Shown in pieces: positions 27,181 to 37,412 of a stretch of DNA of 64,000 bases. The position numbers and the translations under genes were made by a program. The stretch covers positions 3,892 to 67,891 of the forward strand of contig CAYVUR010000001.1 in NCBI GenBank assembly GCA_964455185.1, read 5' to 3'. The DNA is from an uncultured Gammaproteobacteria bacterium (GTDB lineage: Bacteria; Patescibacteriota; Patescibacteriia; 2-01-FULL-39-33). Position 1 is the first letter of the stretch. Every line of letters starts with the position of its first letter. The notes beneath the pieces were generated by a model. It was not told where the DNA came from. It made no database searches and worked only from the letters and a program-made list of their open reading frames with translations.

Positions 27181-28710
27181 TTATTTTTTAAGTTTAATAT
27201 TTTTTAATAATCTAAGCGGATCTTTATTGCGATTAATTCCGGCTCTGATTTTACTTTTGGCCATTGATGTTTTAGCTATCTCTAACCAATCAGGATTAGG
27301 TGCTTTACGATTTTTGTCAGTTATGATTTCTACAATATCTCCACTTTTTAATTGATAACCAAGATTAACTAACTGGTCATTAACTTTAGAACCTACACAC
27401 TTATCGCCTAAATTACTGTGTACATGATAAGCGAAATCAATAGGCGTCGCTCCTTCAGGAAGATCAATAACGTCTCCTTTAGGAGTAAAAACAAAAATTC
27501 TATTTTGAAAAATATCAAATTTTATTGTCTGTAAAAATTGATCATTATCTTTTATCTTTTTTTGCCATTCAATAAGTTCGTTAAGCCATTTCATATTTTT
27601 GGCATTTAATTTGCCACCGGTTTCTTTATAATTCCAATGAGCGGCGATACCATATTCAGCTTGTTCATGCATTTCTTTGGTACGAATTTGAAATTCTACA
27701 ATTTCACCATCATCAGCAAATACAGTAGTATGCAAAGACTGATAGCCATTAGGTTTAGGATTAGCGATATAATCTTTGATGCGTCCGGGCATAGGGCGAT
27801 ACATACTATGTAAAATTCCTAAAACACTATAGCAATCAGTTACAGTAGGGACAATTAAACGTAAAGCAATTAAATCATAAACTCGTCCAATATCACGATT
27901 AATTTCTGGACGTAAGAGTTTTTTGTATAAACTATAAAGATGTTTAGTGCGTCCTTGTAAAGAAATTTCATTGATTTTAATATTGCTTTGAGCTAGTTTT
28001 TTTATTACGTTATTTTTAATTTTTTCTAAATATTTTTCTTTAGCTCGATATTCTCCGGGTATTATTTTATTAATCCATTGGTAGTCCTCAGGATAAACAT
28101 ACTTGAAAGCTAAATCTTCTAATTCACCTTTTATTTTTCCAATAGATAAACGGTCGGCAATTGGTGCATAAATTTCTAAAGTTTCTTTAGCGATACGAAG
28201 TTGTTTTTCAGGAGGTAAGGCATCTAAAGTTTTAAGATTATGTAATCTATCAGCAAATTTTATCAAAATTACTCTAATATCATCAGACATAGCAACAAAC
28301 ATTTTTCGCAGATTTTCTGCATATCGTTCCATGCCGCGATATTTTAATTGTCCTAGTTTAGTAATTCCAGCTACTAATTTAGCAGTATCATGTCCAAAGT
28401 TTTTTTCTATTTCTTCTAAAGTTCTGTTAGTATCTTCAGGAACATCATGTAATAAACCGGCTATTATAGTAGTTATATCTAATTTCATTTCAGCTAATTT
28501 TTGAGCTGTTGCTAATGGATGAATAATATAAGGTTCTCCAGAAACTCGAGTTTGACCCTTGTGAGCTTCAAAGGCAAAATCATAAGCAAGCTTAAGCATA
28601 TCTAAATCATTTGTAATATCAGATTTAGAAATTAAATTGTCGATAACCTCATTTTTTTCAACTATTTTTAATAGTTTATCAAATTCTTTTTGAGGATTAT
28701 TTGACCACAT
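27181..28710 (-). CDS. rel: RelA/SpoT homologue (HD hydrolase + synthetase + TGS; no ZFD/ACT)
   Basis: GEPYIIHP, LLHDVPED, RIKDYIANPKPNGYQSLHT, EFQIRT, TPIDFAY. Confidence 0.93.
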   Translation of the reverse strand: MWSNNPQKEFDKLLKIVEKNEVIDNLISKSDITNDLDMLKLAYDFAFEAHKGQTRVSGEPYIIHPLATAQKLAEMKLDITTIIAGLLHDVPEDTNRTLEEIEKNFGHDTAKLVAGITKLGQLKYRGMERYAENLRKMFVAMSDDIRVILIKFADRLHNLKTLDALPPEKQLRIAKETLEIYAPIADRLSIGKIKGELEDLAFKYVYPEDYQWINKIIPGEYRAKEKYLEKIKNNVIKKLAQSNIKINEISLQGRTKHLYSLYKKLLRPEINRDIGRVYDLIALRLIVPTVTDCYSVLGILHSMYRPMPGRIKDYIANPKPNGYQSLHTTVFADDGEIVEFQIRTKEMHEQAEYGIAAHWNYKETGGKLNAKNMKWLNELIEWQKKIKDNDQFLQTIKFDIFQNRIFVFTPKGDVIDLPEGATPIDFAYHVHSNLGDKCVGSKVNDQLVNLGYQLKSGDIVEIITDKNRKAPNPDWLEIAKTSMAKSKIRAGINRNKDPLRLLKNIKLKK

Positions 28711-28754
28711 ATTATTTGTGGTTATTATAGGTTATCTACAGAAGAAAGTCTAAT

Positions 28755-30932
28755 TTAATATTTTAACTTATCGGGTCGATGATAAGGGCAATTTTTATCA
28801 GAACATCTTTCAGGAATTGTTTTAGTTCCTTCCATCATTAATTTACCGCAGAGAGGACATAAATTACCAGTTGGCTTGCTTTTAATAATATTTTTACAAG
28901 CAGGATAATTACTACAGCTATAAAAAATTCCATAATTACCATGTTTTTCTATTATTGTACCTTTTTTACATTCAGGACACTGAATTCCAGTATCAGCCTT
29001 TTTCATTTTTTCATTTTCTTTAGTTTCATCTTTTTTAATAAATTTACATTTGGGATAATTAGAGCAAGCAATAAACTTTCCATATTTACCATCTCGTTCA
29101 ATTAAATCTCCTTTACCACATTGAGGGCAAGTTTCACCTGTTGATTTAGGAGTTTCTAAAATTTTACCATCAAGCGTCATGGCGCCATTACAATCAGGAA
29201 ATTTAGCGCAAGAATAAAATTTGCCGCCTCGTCCTAATTTAATAATCATAGCTCCGCCACAAATAGGACATTTAATATTTTCTGGAGCCTTACCTAAATC
29301 ATTAAGTTTGGGGATTGATTTTTTGCTTTTAACTTCTTCTGTAAAAGGTTTATAAAAATTTTCTAAAACATGAATATAAGTCTCTTTACCTTGAGCAATT
29401 TCGTCAAGTTCATCCTCCATTTTAGCAGTAAAATTATCAGAAATATAATTTTTGAAATTATTATTAAGAAAATCACTGACAATTTCTCCAGTTTCCGTTG
29501 GTTTTAATGTTTTATTTTCTTTAATAACATAGCCACGATCTTGAATAGTTTTAATAATAGTAGCATAAGTTGAGGGACGACCAATACCTCTTTTTTCTAA
29601 TTCTTTAACTAGTCCAGCTTCAGTATAGCGATGCGGTGGTTCTGTTTGTTTGGCTAAAGATTCTATTTTTTCTAATTTTAATTTTTCTAATTCTTTGAAT
29701 TGTGGCAGATTAATATCTTCATTTTTAGCTTTAGGATCAATTTTAAGCCAACCTTCAAAAATTATTCTACTTCCTTCTGCGATAAATTCTGGTAATTCAT
29801 CTGCTTGGGCTATTATTTTTGTTTTTAAAATTTTAGCTTCTGACATTTGAGAAGCTATAGTTCTTTGCCAAATTAATTTGTATAATTTTTGTTCTTGAGA
29901 ATTAGCTCCAGCATCAATAGTGGAAAAATTAGTAGGACGAATAGCTTCATGAGCTTCTTGCGCATTTTTGCTTTTAGTTATAAATTTTTGTGGTTTAGCA
30001 TACTCTTTGCTGTATTTTTCTATAATTAAATTATTTATTTCTTTCATTGCTTGTTCACTTAAAATTGTACTGTCAGTACGCATATAAGTGATATGGCCAG
30101 CTTCATAAAGTTTTTGTGCTAAACGCATAGTAACAGCAGGAGAATATCCTAATCTTGAAGAAGCAACTTGTTGTAAAGTAGAGGTTGTAAAAGGAGCTTT
30201 GGCTCTGCGAATTGTTTCACTTTCTTCAATTTTAACTACTTTCCAAGACGATTTTTTAGCTTTGCTTAAAATTTCTTTTGCCTCAGTTTCTGTTTTGGCT
30301 ATTTTTTGACATTTGAAATGAGCTAATTGTTTTAATTCGCCAACAAAATCAGCTTCAATTTCCCAAAATTTTTCTGGAATAAAAGCACGAATTTCTTTTT
30401 CTCTTTCTACAATAATTCTTAAAGCAGGAGATTGAACTCTTCCAGCAGAAAGTCCATAACGAAGTTTTTGCCAAATTAATCCACTTAAATCATAACCAAA
30501 AAGACGATCAAGTACGCGTCTTGCTTCTTGAGCTTCTTTAAGATTTTCATCAATTTCTCGTGGATGTTTAATTGCCTCTAAAATAGCTGGTTTAGTTATC
30601 TCATAAAAAACAACTCTTTTAGGATTTTTTAATCCTACAGTTTCTTTAATGTGCCAAGCAATTGCTTCTCCTTCACGGTCAGGATCAGTAGCTAAAATTA
30701 CTTCCTCTGCTTCTTGAGCTAGTTTTTTAATTTCAGCTACTGTTTTTTCTTTGCCGGGAGAAATTTCATAATGAGGCACAAATCCGGATTCTATATCAAT
30801 AGCGTTTTTATTTGATTTAGGAAGGTCTCTAATATGACCAATACTAGCTTTAACAATATATTCATTATCTAAATATTTTGCTATAGTTTTTGCTTTAGAA
30901 GGAGATTCAACTATCATCAATTTTTTTGACAT
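28755..30932 (-). CDS. topA: DNA topoisomerase I with C-terminal Zn ribbons
   Basis: IVESPSKAKTI, DPDREGE, SAGRVQS, ITYMRTD, GIGRPSTYA. Confidence 0.98.
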   Translation of the reverse strand: MSKKLMIVESPSKAKTIAKYLDNEYIVKASIGHIRDLPKSNKNAIDIESGFVPHYEISPGKEKTVAEIKKLAQEAEEVILATDPDREGEAIAWHIKETVGLKNPKRVVFYEITKPAILEAIKHPREIDENLKEAQEARRVLDRLFGYDLSGLIWQKLRYGLSAGRVQSPALRIIVEREKEIRAFIPEKFWEIEADFVGELKQLAHFKCQKIAKTETEAKEILSKAKKSSWKVVKIEESETIRRAKAPFTTSTLQQVASSRLGYSPAVTMRLAQKLYEAGHITYMRTDSTILSEQAMKEINNLIIEKYSKEYAKPQKFITKSKNAQEAHEAIRPTNFSTIDAGANSQEQKLYKLIWQRTIASQMSEAKILKTKIIAQADELPEFIAEGSRIIFEGWLKIDPKAKNEDINLPQFKELEKLKLEKIESLAKQTEPPHRYTEAGLVKELEKRGIGRPSTYATIIKTIQDRGYVIKENKTLKPTETGEIVSDFLNNNFKNYISDNFTAKMEDELDEIAQGKETYIHVLENFYKPFTEEVKSKKSIPKLNDLGKAPENIKCPICGGAMIIKLGRGGKFYSCAKFPDCNGAMTLDGKILETPKSTGETCPQCGKGDLIERDGKYGKFIACSNYPKCKFIKKDETKENEKMKKADTGIQCPECKKGTIIEKHGNYGIFYSCSNYPACKNIIKSKPTGNLCPLCGKLMMEGTKTIPERCSDKNCPYHRPDKLKY

Positions 30933-30936
30933 AATT

Positions 30937-32034
30937 TTATTTTTTAAGACTGAAATAATTTCCGCCTCCAGAATTTTTAATTAGTCCTTTTATTTCCAGT
31001 ACTGATAATATGCTTGAAAGGACATTGATTCTAATATTACAGATTTGGGCTATTTTGTCAATGTGAAGACTTTGATTTTTTAAAAGAAAAATAATATTTT
31101 TTTCTGTTTCAGTTAAATTTTGAGTATTATCGCTTGATTTTGCTTTAATTAAATGACCAAGTTTTAAATCTTCTAAAATATCTGATATTTGAGTTACAGC
31201 TTTAGCTCCTTTTTTAATTAATTCATTGGTTCCTTCACAATAATGATTATAAATATTGCCAGGCACAGCATAGACATCACGGCCTTGGTCAAGAGCGCAA
31301 TTAGCGGTTATTATAGTTCCTGATTCTTTTCCAGCTTCTATAATTAATACTGCTTTAGAAATTCCAGAAATAATACGGTTTCTTATGGCAAAATTACTTT
31401 TTAAAGTTATTGAACCTAGTGAGTTTTCTGAAATTAAACAGCCGCCTTTTTCTAAAATTTCTTGGGCTAATCGATGATTTGATTTAGGTCCAATATTTTT
31501 CCAGTTTAAATCTGAACCTAAAACAGCGGCAGTGAATCCGTTTTTAGTAATTGCTATTTTGTGAGCTAGGGCATCTATTCCAAAAGCCAAGCCAGAGATT
31601 ATACCAATATTATAATAACTCAATTGACTTACTAAATCTTCTACAACTCTTTGTCCATAAGAAGTATTTTTACGTGTACCAACTACCGCTAAACATGGTA
31701 AATAATTAATAGGTTTAATATCGCCTAAAAAATAAATAATAAAAGGCGGATCATAGATTTCTTTAAGTAATTTAGGATAATTATTATCTTCTATTGTCAC
31801 CCAATTTATTCCCAACTTTTGTAATAGTTCAATTTCTTGATTAAGATCTATTTGATTACGTTGTTTAATAATTTCCTGACAGTCATTTTCTTTGATTCCC
31901 GAAGCTAAAAGTTCTGGAAAATTAGCTTTCCAAGCTAGTTCTAAATCTCCGAAAAAATCTTTAATAAGTTTAAATTTTATTGGACCTATTTGAGGTATCT
32001 TTGAAAAACCTATAAAATATTGGTCTTTTTGCAT
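30937..32034 (-). CDS. dprA: DNA-processing protein DprA
   Basis: LAVVGTR, SGLAFGID..AH, RNRIISG, GRDVYAVPG. Confidence 0.96.
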   Translation of the reverse strand: MQKDQYFIGFSKIPQIGPIKFKLIKDFFGDLELAWKANFPELLASGIKENDCQEIIKQRNQIDLNQEIELLQKLGINWVTIEDNNYPKLLKEIYDPPFIIYFLGDIKPINYLPCLAVVGTRKNTSYGQRVVEDLVSQLSYYNIGIISGLAFGIDALAHKIAITKNGFTAAVLGSDLNWKNIGPKSNHRLAQEILEKGGCLISENSLGSITLKSNFAIRNRIISGISKAVLIIEAGKESGTIITANCALDQGRDVYAVPGNIYNHYCEGTNELIKKGAKAVTQISDILEDLKLGHLIKAKSSDNTQNLTETEKNIIFLLKNQSLHIDKIAQICNIRINVLSSILSVLEIKGLIKNSGGGNYFSLKK

Positions 32035-32054
32035 GATAATTTATTTGATTACCC

Positions 32055-32083
32055 TTGACATTTGGGGTTTGTTTTGTTAAAAT
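32055..32083 (+). promoter_or_regulatory. Sigma70 promoter driving candidate sRNA
   Basis: TTGACA-17 bp-TAAAAT with TG extension. Confidence 0.65.
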
Positions 32084-32089
32084 GCTAGC

Positions 32090-32220
32090 GTTAATAATGG
32101 TCATATTACTGTTTGCTAATCGGCGGTTATTGCCCCCCCTCCTGGCATTTTCTCGCCGCTTAGCAGGCAGTAATATGGCCATTATTTTATTAATTACAAA
32201 AGCCGGTAATTCCGGCTTTA
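32090..32220 (+). ncRNA. Candidate small RNA: long hairpin with C-rich anti-SD loop, followed by terminator-like hairpin
   Basis: 27-bp outer stem whose three non-Watson-Crick pairs are G:U only on the + strand; loop CCCCCTCCT; aaagccgg/ccggcttt hairpin at ~32199-32219. Confidence 0.65.
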
Positions 32221-32241
32221 GCCCTCCTTAATACTTTTAAA

Positions 32242-32817
32242 CTAATTGTATTTATTCATTGCTTTACTTATTGACGATTTAATTATTTCTATAGCTGCTT
32301 CTGTTGCTAAATTTGTTTGTGTTTCAATAATTTTTAATTCATTTTTAGTAAATCTGCTTAATACATAATCAGCGGCTCCAATAATTTTTTTTCTTTCTGT
32401 AGCTATTCCTATTTTAATACGACAAAACTTTTTTGTTCCTAAAGACTCGATAATTGATTTAATACCATTATGTCCTCCAGCTGAAGAATTAAAAGAAATT
32501 CTTATTTTTCCTAAAGGTAAATCGATATCATCATGTATAACTATAATATTATCACTTTCTATTTTGTAGAAATTAGTTATCGCCGCTACTGACTTGCCAG
32601 AATTATTCATAAAAGTTAGCGGTTTTGCTAAAATTATTTTGTCTTGATTTTCATTTTTATAGGAAACGCTGCTTATTTCAGCTAAAAATTTAGAAACTTG
32701 TTTGAATTTAGGAGCAGCTAAAAAATGAGCTATTTTATCAATAGTTATAAAACCTATATTGTGCCAAGTATTTTTATATTTAATTCCAGGATTACCTAAA
32801 CCTATTATTAATTTCAT
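32242..32817 (-). CDS. pth: Peptidyl-tRNA hydrolase
   Basis: IGLGNPG..Y..T.HNIGF, KP.TFMN.SG, HDDIDL, GGHNG. Confidence 0.97.
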   Translation of the reverse strand: MKLIIGLGNPGIKYKNTWHNIGFITIDKIAHFLAAPKFKQVSKFLAEISSVSYKNENQDKIILAKPLTFMNNSGKSVAAITNFYKIESDNIIVIHDDIDLPLGKIRISFNSSAGGHNGIKSIIESLGTKKFCRIKIGIATERKKIIGAADYVLSRFTKNELKIIETQTNLATEAAIEIIKSSISKAMNKYN

Positions 32818-32819
32818 AA

Positions 32820-34178
32820 TTATTTTTTATCTTCTTTCCATTTTTTTAATTCAATCTGTATTGGTGTTCCGATAATTTTAAATTTTTCTCTTAAGTTATT
32901 CTGTAAGAAACGAATATAAGAAAAATGTAAAATAGTTGGATCATTAACATAAATAATAAAATGAGGTGGATTAGTGCTGTTTTGAATAATTTCATAAATA
33001 TAAGGATTTTTTAATCCTTTGCCTCTTGAAGGTTTATGTTGTTTAATTTTTTGTTTTAAAAATTTATCTAATTGGCTATCAGTAATTTTAATTTCTCTAG
33101 CTTCTTTTATTTGTATAGCTAAATCAAGTAATTTATGAGTGCGTAAATTTTCTTTGGCAGAAATAAATATTAAAGGAGCCCACCACAAATAAGGGAAAGA
33201 TTTACGATAGAAATCTTCATACTCTTTTATAGTATTGGTTTTTTTATTTTTTATAAGATCCCATTTATTAGCGACAATAATTACTGATTTGCCTGATTCT
33301 AAAATAGTTTGAGTGATTTTTTTGTCTTGAGCATCTATTTTTTTATTACATTCAGTAATTAAAATAGCTACATCACAATTATTAAGAGCATCAAGTGATT
33401 TTTTTATAGATTTTTTTTCTAAGGAATTTGGTTTAATTTTATTTTTTTTCCTAATTCCTGCTGTATCAATGATTAAAAATTTTTTATTTTTATAAAAAAA
33501 TTCAGTATCATGAGCTTCTCGAGTAGTGTGAGCTATATCGCTGACAATAACTCTTTCTTCGCCTAAAATTGAATTAAGTAAAGATGATTTACCAACGTTA
33601 GGTTTACCAATTATAGCTATTTTAATATCTGGTTTAGTGATTTCTTTTTCTGATATTTTTTTATTAGGTAATTTTTTTAAAATTTTATCCAATAAATCTC
33701 CTGTACCAGATCCAGAAGAGGCGCTAACATTTATCGGTTCCCCTAATCCTAAACAATAAATACTATTATCGTATTTTTTAAATTTTGCTGTTTCAGCTTT
33801 ATTTCCGACAAGAATAATTTTATTTTTAAATCCTTCATTAATTAATTTTTTAGCTAAACTTTTATCAACTGGAGTGGCGCCTTCTATTAAGTCTATAACA
33901 AATAATATTAAGTCAGATTCATTTATTGCTTTTTGAGCTTGTTTAATTATTCCTTCGCTGATAGTTTTAGGAATTTTTTCATCAATATCTAATCCACCAG
34001 TATCAATTAGTTGAAATTTTTTTCCTCGCCATGAAACTAAACCAATATTGCGATCTCGAGTTGTTCCTGAAATTGAAGAAACTAAAGCTTTTTCTTGTTC
34101 AATCAATCGATTGAAAAGAGTTGATTTGCCAACATTAGCTCGTCCGATTATAGCAACTTTGGGTAAAGTTTCAGACAT
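32820..34178 (-). CDS. der: Ribosome biogenesis GTPase Der/EngA
   Basis: Two G domains GRANVGKS/GKPNVGKS, DTGG/DTAG, NKWD. Confidence 0.97.
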   Translation of the reverse strand: MSETLPKVAIIGRANVGKSTLFNRLIEQEKALVSSISGTTRDRNIGLVSWRGKKFQLIDTGGLDIDEKIPKTISEGIIKQAQKAINESDLILFVIDLIEGATPVDKSLAKKLINEGFKNKIILVGNKAETAKFKKYDNSIYCLGLGEPINVSASSGSGTGDLLDKILKKLPNKKISEKEITKPDIKIAIIGKPNVGKSSLLNSILGEERVIVSDIAHTTREAHDTEFFYKNKKFLIIDTAGIRKKNKIKPNSLEKKSIKKSLDALNNCDVAILITECNKKIDAQDKKITQTILESGKSVIIVANKWDLIKNKKTNTIKEYEDFYRKSFPYLWWAPLIFISAKENLRTHKLLDLAIQIKEAREIKITDSQLDKFLKQKIKQHKPSRGKGLKNPYIYEIIQNSTNPPHFIIYVNDPTILHFSYIRFLQNNLREKFKIIGTPIQIELKKWKEDKK

Positions 34179-34290
34179 ATAAATATAATATCAATAAATT
34201 TTAATGATAACAACTTTTTTATTTTTTTAATGATTTTTATTATTATTTTTTTATATATTAGTTTCGTGTTATAATATTAAAAATAAAAAA

Positions 34291-35253
34291 ATGGAAATAG
34301 ATTTACAACTCAATAAAAATGAATGGAATAATTTTATAACTACTATTGATAGTGATGGTAGTTTTTTACAATCTTGGGAATGGGGTGAATTTCAGCAAGA
34401 TTTAGGTAGAGATATTTTTCGAATTTCTATAAAAATTGATAAAAAAATTTCTGCTGTTGCTTTAATTATTAAACACAAACTTCCTTTAGGACAAAATTAT
34501 TTATATATACCTCGAGGTCCAATCTTAAAAGATATTAATTCTGAAAATTTTGATATAATTTTTTCTAAAATTAAACAATTAAGTATTGATAATGATTCAT
34601 TGTTTATTAGAATTGATCCAGCTTGGAAGGATGATAAAAAATTAAAATCATACGAATTTAATTTTATAGGTCAAGTTCAACCTAAAAAAACTTTAATATT
34701 ACAATTAAATAAAACACCAGAAGAATTACTTTCTTTAATGAAACCCAAAACTCGTTATAATATTAAATTAGCACAGAGACATGAAGTTTTAATAACAGAA
34801 GCAAATTTGGATAGCTTTGATTTGTTTTGGCATTTAATGGTAAAAACTTGTCTTCGTGACGGTATAAAAAGTCATTCTAAAATTTATTATCAAAAACAAT
34901 TAAAAATTCCGGGATTTAAATTAAAATTAGCTTGGTGGCAAAACAAAGTTATTGCCGGAGCTATTATAAATGATTTTGGTAATACTCGTACCTATGTGCA
35001 TGGTGCTTCTGATTATAAATTTCGTGATAAGATGGCTCCTTATTTATTACAATGGGAAATGATTTGCGAAGCGCAAAAATTAGGTTTGAAATACTATGAT
35101 TTTTGGGGTGCTGACCCTTCTAATTCTAGATGGGCAGGTGTAACAAGGTTTAAAATAGGTTTTGCTCCGCAACAAGAATTAACATCATATATTGGAGCAT
35201 ATGATTTTAAATTAAAGCCATTATTTTACCGATTATATAAATTATTAAAATAA
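34291..35253 (+). CDS. FemABX/MurM-family peptidoglycan bridge peptidyltransferase
   Basis: FLQSWEWG, YIPRGP, MKPKTRYNIK, YDFWG, GVTRFK.GF. Confidence 0.9.
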   Translation: MEIDLQLNKNEWNNFITTIDSDGSFLQSWEWGEFQQDLGRDIFRISIKIDKKISAVALIIKHKLPLGQNYLYIPRGPILKDINSENFDIIFSKIKQLSIDNDSLFIRIDPAWKDDKKLKSYEFNFIGQVQPKKTLILQLNKTPEELLSLMKPKTRYNIKLAQRHEVLITEANLDSFDLFWHLMVKTCLRDGIKSHSKIYYQKQLKIPGFKLKLAWWQNKVIAGAIINDFGNTRTYVHGASDYKFRDKMAPYLLQWEMICEAQKLGLKYYDFWGADPSNSRWAGVTRFKIGFAPQQELTSYIGAYDFKLKPLFYRLYKLLK

Positions 35254-35269
35254 AAGAAAGAAAAAGAAA

Positions 35270-36460
35270 ATGTTAAAGAAAATTATCAATTTAATTCCTT
35301 CTTTAATTGCTTCAAAACTTAGTAGACAGGTGCGTGAACTTTATTCAGCTACTATTATTTTGAATTTGGCTGTATCAATGATTAATATTTTTGAGCCAGT
35401 CTTTGTTTTTAATTTATTTTATTTACAGAAGGGATTAAAAGGCACTTTAGAATCAGTTTTATTTTTTTATCTCGCTGTTTATTCTATTTATATTTTTGCA
35501 ATTCCTTTGGGAGTTCGTTTTGCTAAAAAATATGGTTATGAAAATTCAATAGCTATATCTTCAGTATTTCAGATAGCTTTTTATTTTTTTCTTTTTATTT
35601 CTAGCCGATCTCTATTATTTTTACCTATAGCTGTTATTGCTTATGTTTTAGCTAAAATGTTTTATTGGCCGGCTTATCATGCAAATTTTGCTCGTTTTTC
35701 TGCTGATGAGGAGTTAGGTAGAGAAATTAGTAATCTTTGGATTTTAAGTTCTTTAGTAGTAATTATCGCTCCATTAATTGGTGGATTAATTATAGAATTT
35801 TTTGGATTTAAGGTGCTTTTTTTGGTGGCTTCTTTATTAATTTTGGCTTCCAATATTCCGATGTTGGCAACTAAAGAAGACTTTCAGCCACAAGATTTCT
35901 CTTTTTTGAAGGCTTTTAAAAATCTTTTTGATAAAAAAAATCGTCGTGAATTTTGGAGTATTTTTGGTTTTGGAGAAGAATTTATTGTTTTAGTATTGTG
36001 GCCAATATTTATGTTTCTTACAGTTTATAATTTTTTAGGTTTAGGAATTATTTCTGCTTTTTCTATATTAATTTCTACTTTAATTTTACTTTTTGTAGGA
36101 CACTGGACAGATAAAAAAGATAGAAAATCATTATTTATTTTTGGAGTAGTGAGTTATGTTTTTTCTTGGATTATGAGAATTTTAGCTCGTAATAATTTAG
36201 GTATTTTAATTGTTGATGCTTATTCTAGGATTTCTAAAAATATTATTTCTGTACCACTTATGACTAGTGTTTATACAAAAGCACATAATGGTTCAGTTAT
36301 GTCTACTATAGCTTTCTTTGAAATGTCTTTAGTTATTGGTAAGCTTACAGCAATTATTATTTGTTTATTTATTTTACAAATATTTTCTCCCGGCTGGAAC
36401 TCAATTTTTGTTCTCGGTGCCATTTTTACTTTATTTTATTTATTATTTAATACTAAATAA
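35270..36460 (+). CDS. MFS transporter
   Basis: About 12 hydrophobic segments, APLIGG, GHWTDK.DRK loop motif. Confidence 0.8.
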   Translation: MLKKIINLIPSLIASKLSRQVRELYSATIILNLAVSMINIFEPVFVFNLFYLQKGLKGTLESVLFFYLAVYSIYIFAIPLGVRFAKKYGYENSIAISSVFQIAFYFFLFISSRSLLFLPIAVIAYVLAKMFYWPAYHANFARFSADEELGREISNLWILSSLVVIIAPLIGGLIIEFFGFKVLFLVASLLILASNIPMLATKEDFQPQDFSFLKAFKNLFDKKNRREFWSIFGFGEEFIVLVLWPIFMFLTVYNFLGLGIISAFSILISTLILLFVGHWTDKKDRKSLFIFGVVSYVFSWIMRILARNNLGILIVDAYSRISKNIISVPLMTSVYTKAHNGSVMSTIAFFEMSLVIGKLTAIIICLFILQIFSPGWNSIFVLGAIFTLFYLLFNTK

Positions 36461-37293
36461 TGGAAATTAAAGAAATTTGTAAAAATTTTGGCATTATACC
36501 CTCTAAATCTAAAGGGCAAAATTTTTTAATTGATAAAAATATAGTTAATAAAATAATAACAGTAAGTAATCTTAGTTCTCACGATATTATTTTAGAGATT
36601 GGTCCGGGATTAGGAGTTTTAACTGATAAACTCTTAAAAGAAGCTGGTAAAGTAATAGCCGTTGAATTAGATTATAAAACATTTTTAATGCTTCAAAATA
36701 GATTTATTAAAGAAATTAATCTTGGTAAATTATTATTAATAAATGAAGATATTTTAAAAGTTAATTTTTCGACTTTTAATTTATCTGATTTTTCATTTAA
36801 ATTGATTGCTAATCTTCCTTATAATATAACTTCAAAAATTTTTAGATTATTTTTAGAGGTTGGGCCTAGGCCAAGCGAAATGATAGTTATGGTTCAAAAA
36901 GAAGTAGCTCGTCGGATAATAGCTAAACCGGGCGATATGAGTTTATTATCTCTTTCTGTTCAGTTATATAGTGAACCAGAGTTATTGTTTGATGTTAGTT
37001 CTAATTGTTTTTGGCCTGTACCAGAAGTTGATTCTTCAGTAATTAGACTTAAATTAAAACAAAAAATTAGTCCGACTGACTATAAATTAATGTTTCGTTT
37101 AGCCAGAATGGGCTTTGCTGCTAAAAGAAAACAATTACATAATAATCTTTCTGGTGGATTAAAAATAGATAATAAAATAATTAAGAAAATAATTAGTAAT
37201 TTAGGTTGGAATGAAAAAATTAGAGCCCAAGATTTATCAGTTTCTGATTGGATTGCTTTATCAAAAGCTATTAGTAATTTTTTAAAAATTTAA
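36460..37293 (+). CDS. rsmA: 16S rRNA dimethyladenosine transferase KsgA
   Basis: GQNFL, LEIGPGLG.LT, ANLPYNIT, VQKEVA. Confidence 0.96.
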   Translation: MEIKEICKNFGIIPSKSKGQNFLIDKNIVNKIITVSNLSSHDIILEIGPGLGVLTDKLLKEAGKVIAVELDYKTFLMLQNRFIKEINLGKLLLINEDILKVNFSTFNLSDFSFKLIANLPYNITSKIFRLFLEVGPRPSEMIVMVQKEVARRIIAKPGDMSLLSLSVQLYSEPELLFDVSSNCFWPVPEVDSSVIRLKLKQKISPTDYKLMFRLARMGFAAKRKQLHNNLSGGLKIDNKIIKKIISNLGWNEKIRAQDLSVSDWIALSKAISNFLKI

Positions 37294-37377
37294 AAGATAG
37301 TTTTGATAATTTTTATTGCTTTATAAATTATATTTATGTTTTAATATAAATTAATTTTTGGCCGCTTAATTAATTTA

Positions 37378-37407
37378 TGGTATAATTTAATTAATGAGTT
37401 ATCCACA
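37378..37407 (+). promoter_or_regulatory. Extended -10 promoter followed by perfect DnaA box at the head of the T4SS-like cluster
   Basis: TGG-TATAAT (37378-37386); TTATCCACA (37399-37407) 5 bp before ATG 37413. Confidence 0.55.
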
Positions 37408-37412
37408 ATTTA

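Noticed and set aside
31970-32182. 70-aa minus-strand ORF upstream of dprA
   Set aside because: Overlaps dprA out of frame and is the antisense of the structured RNA; no protein-like motif
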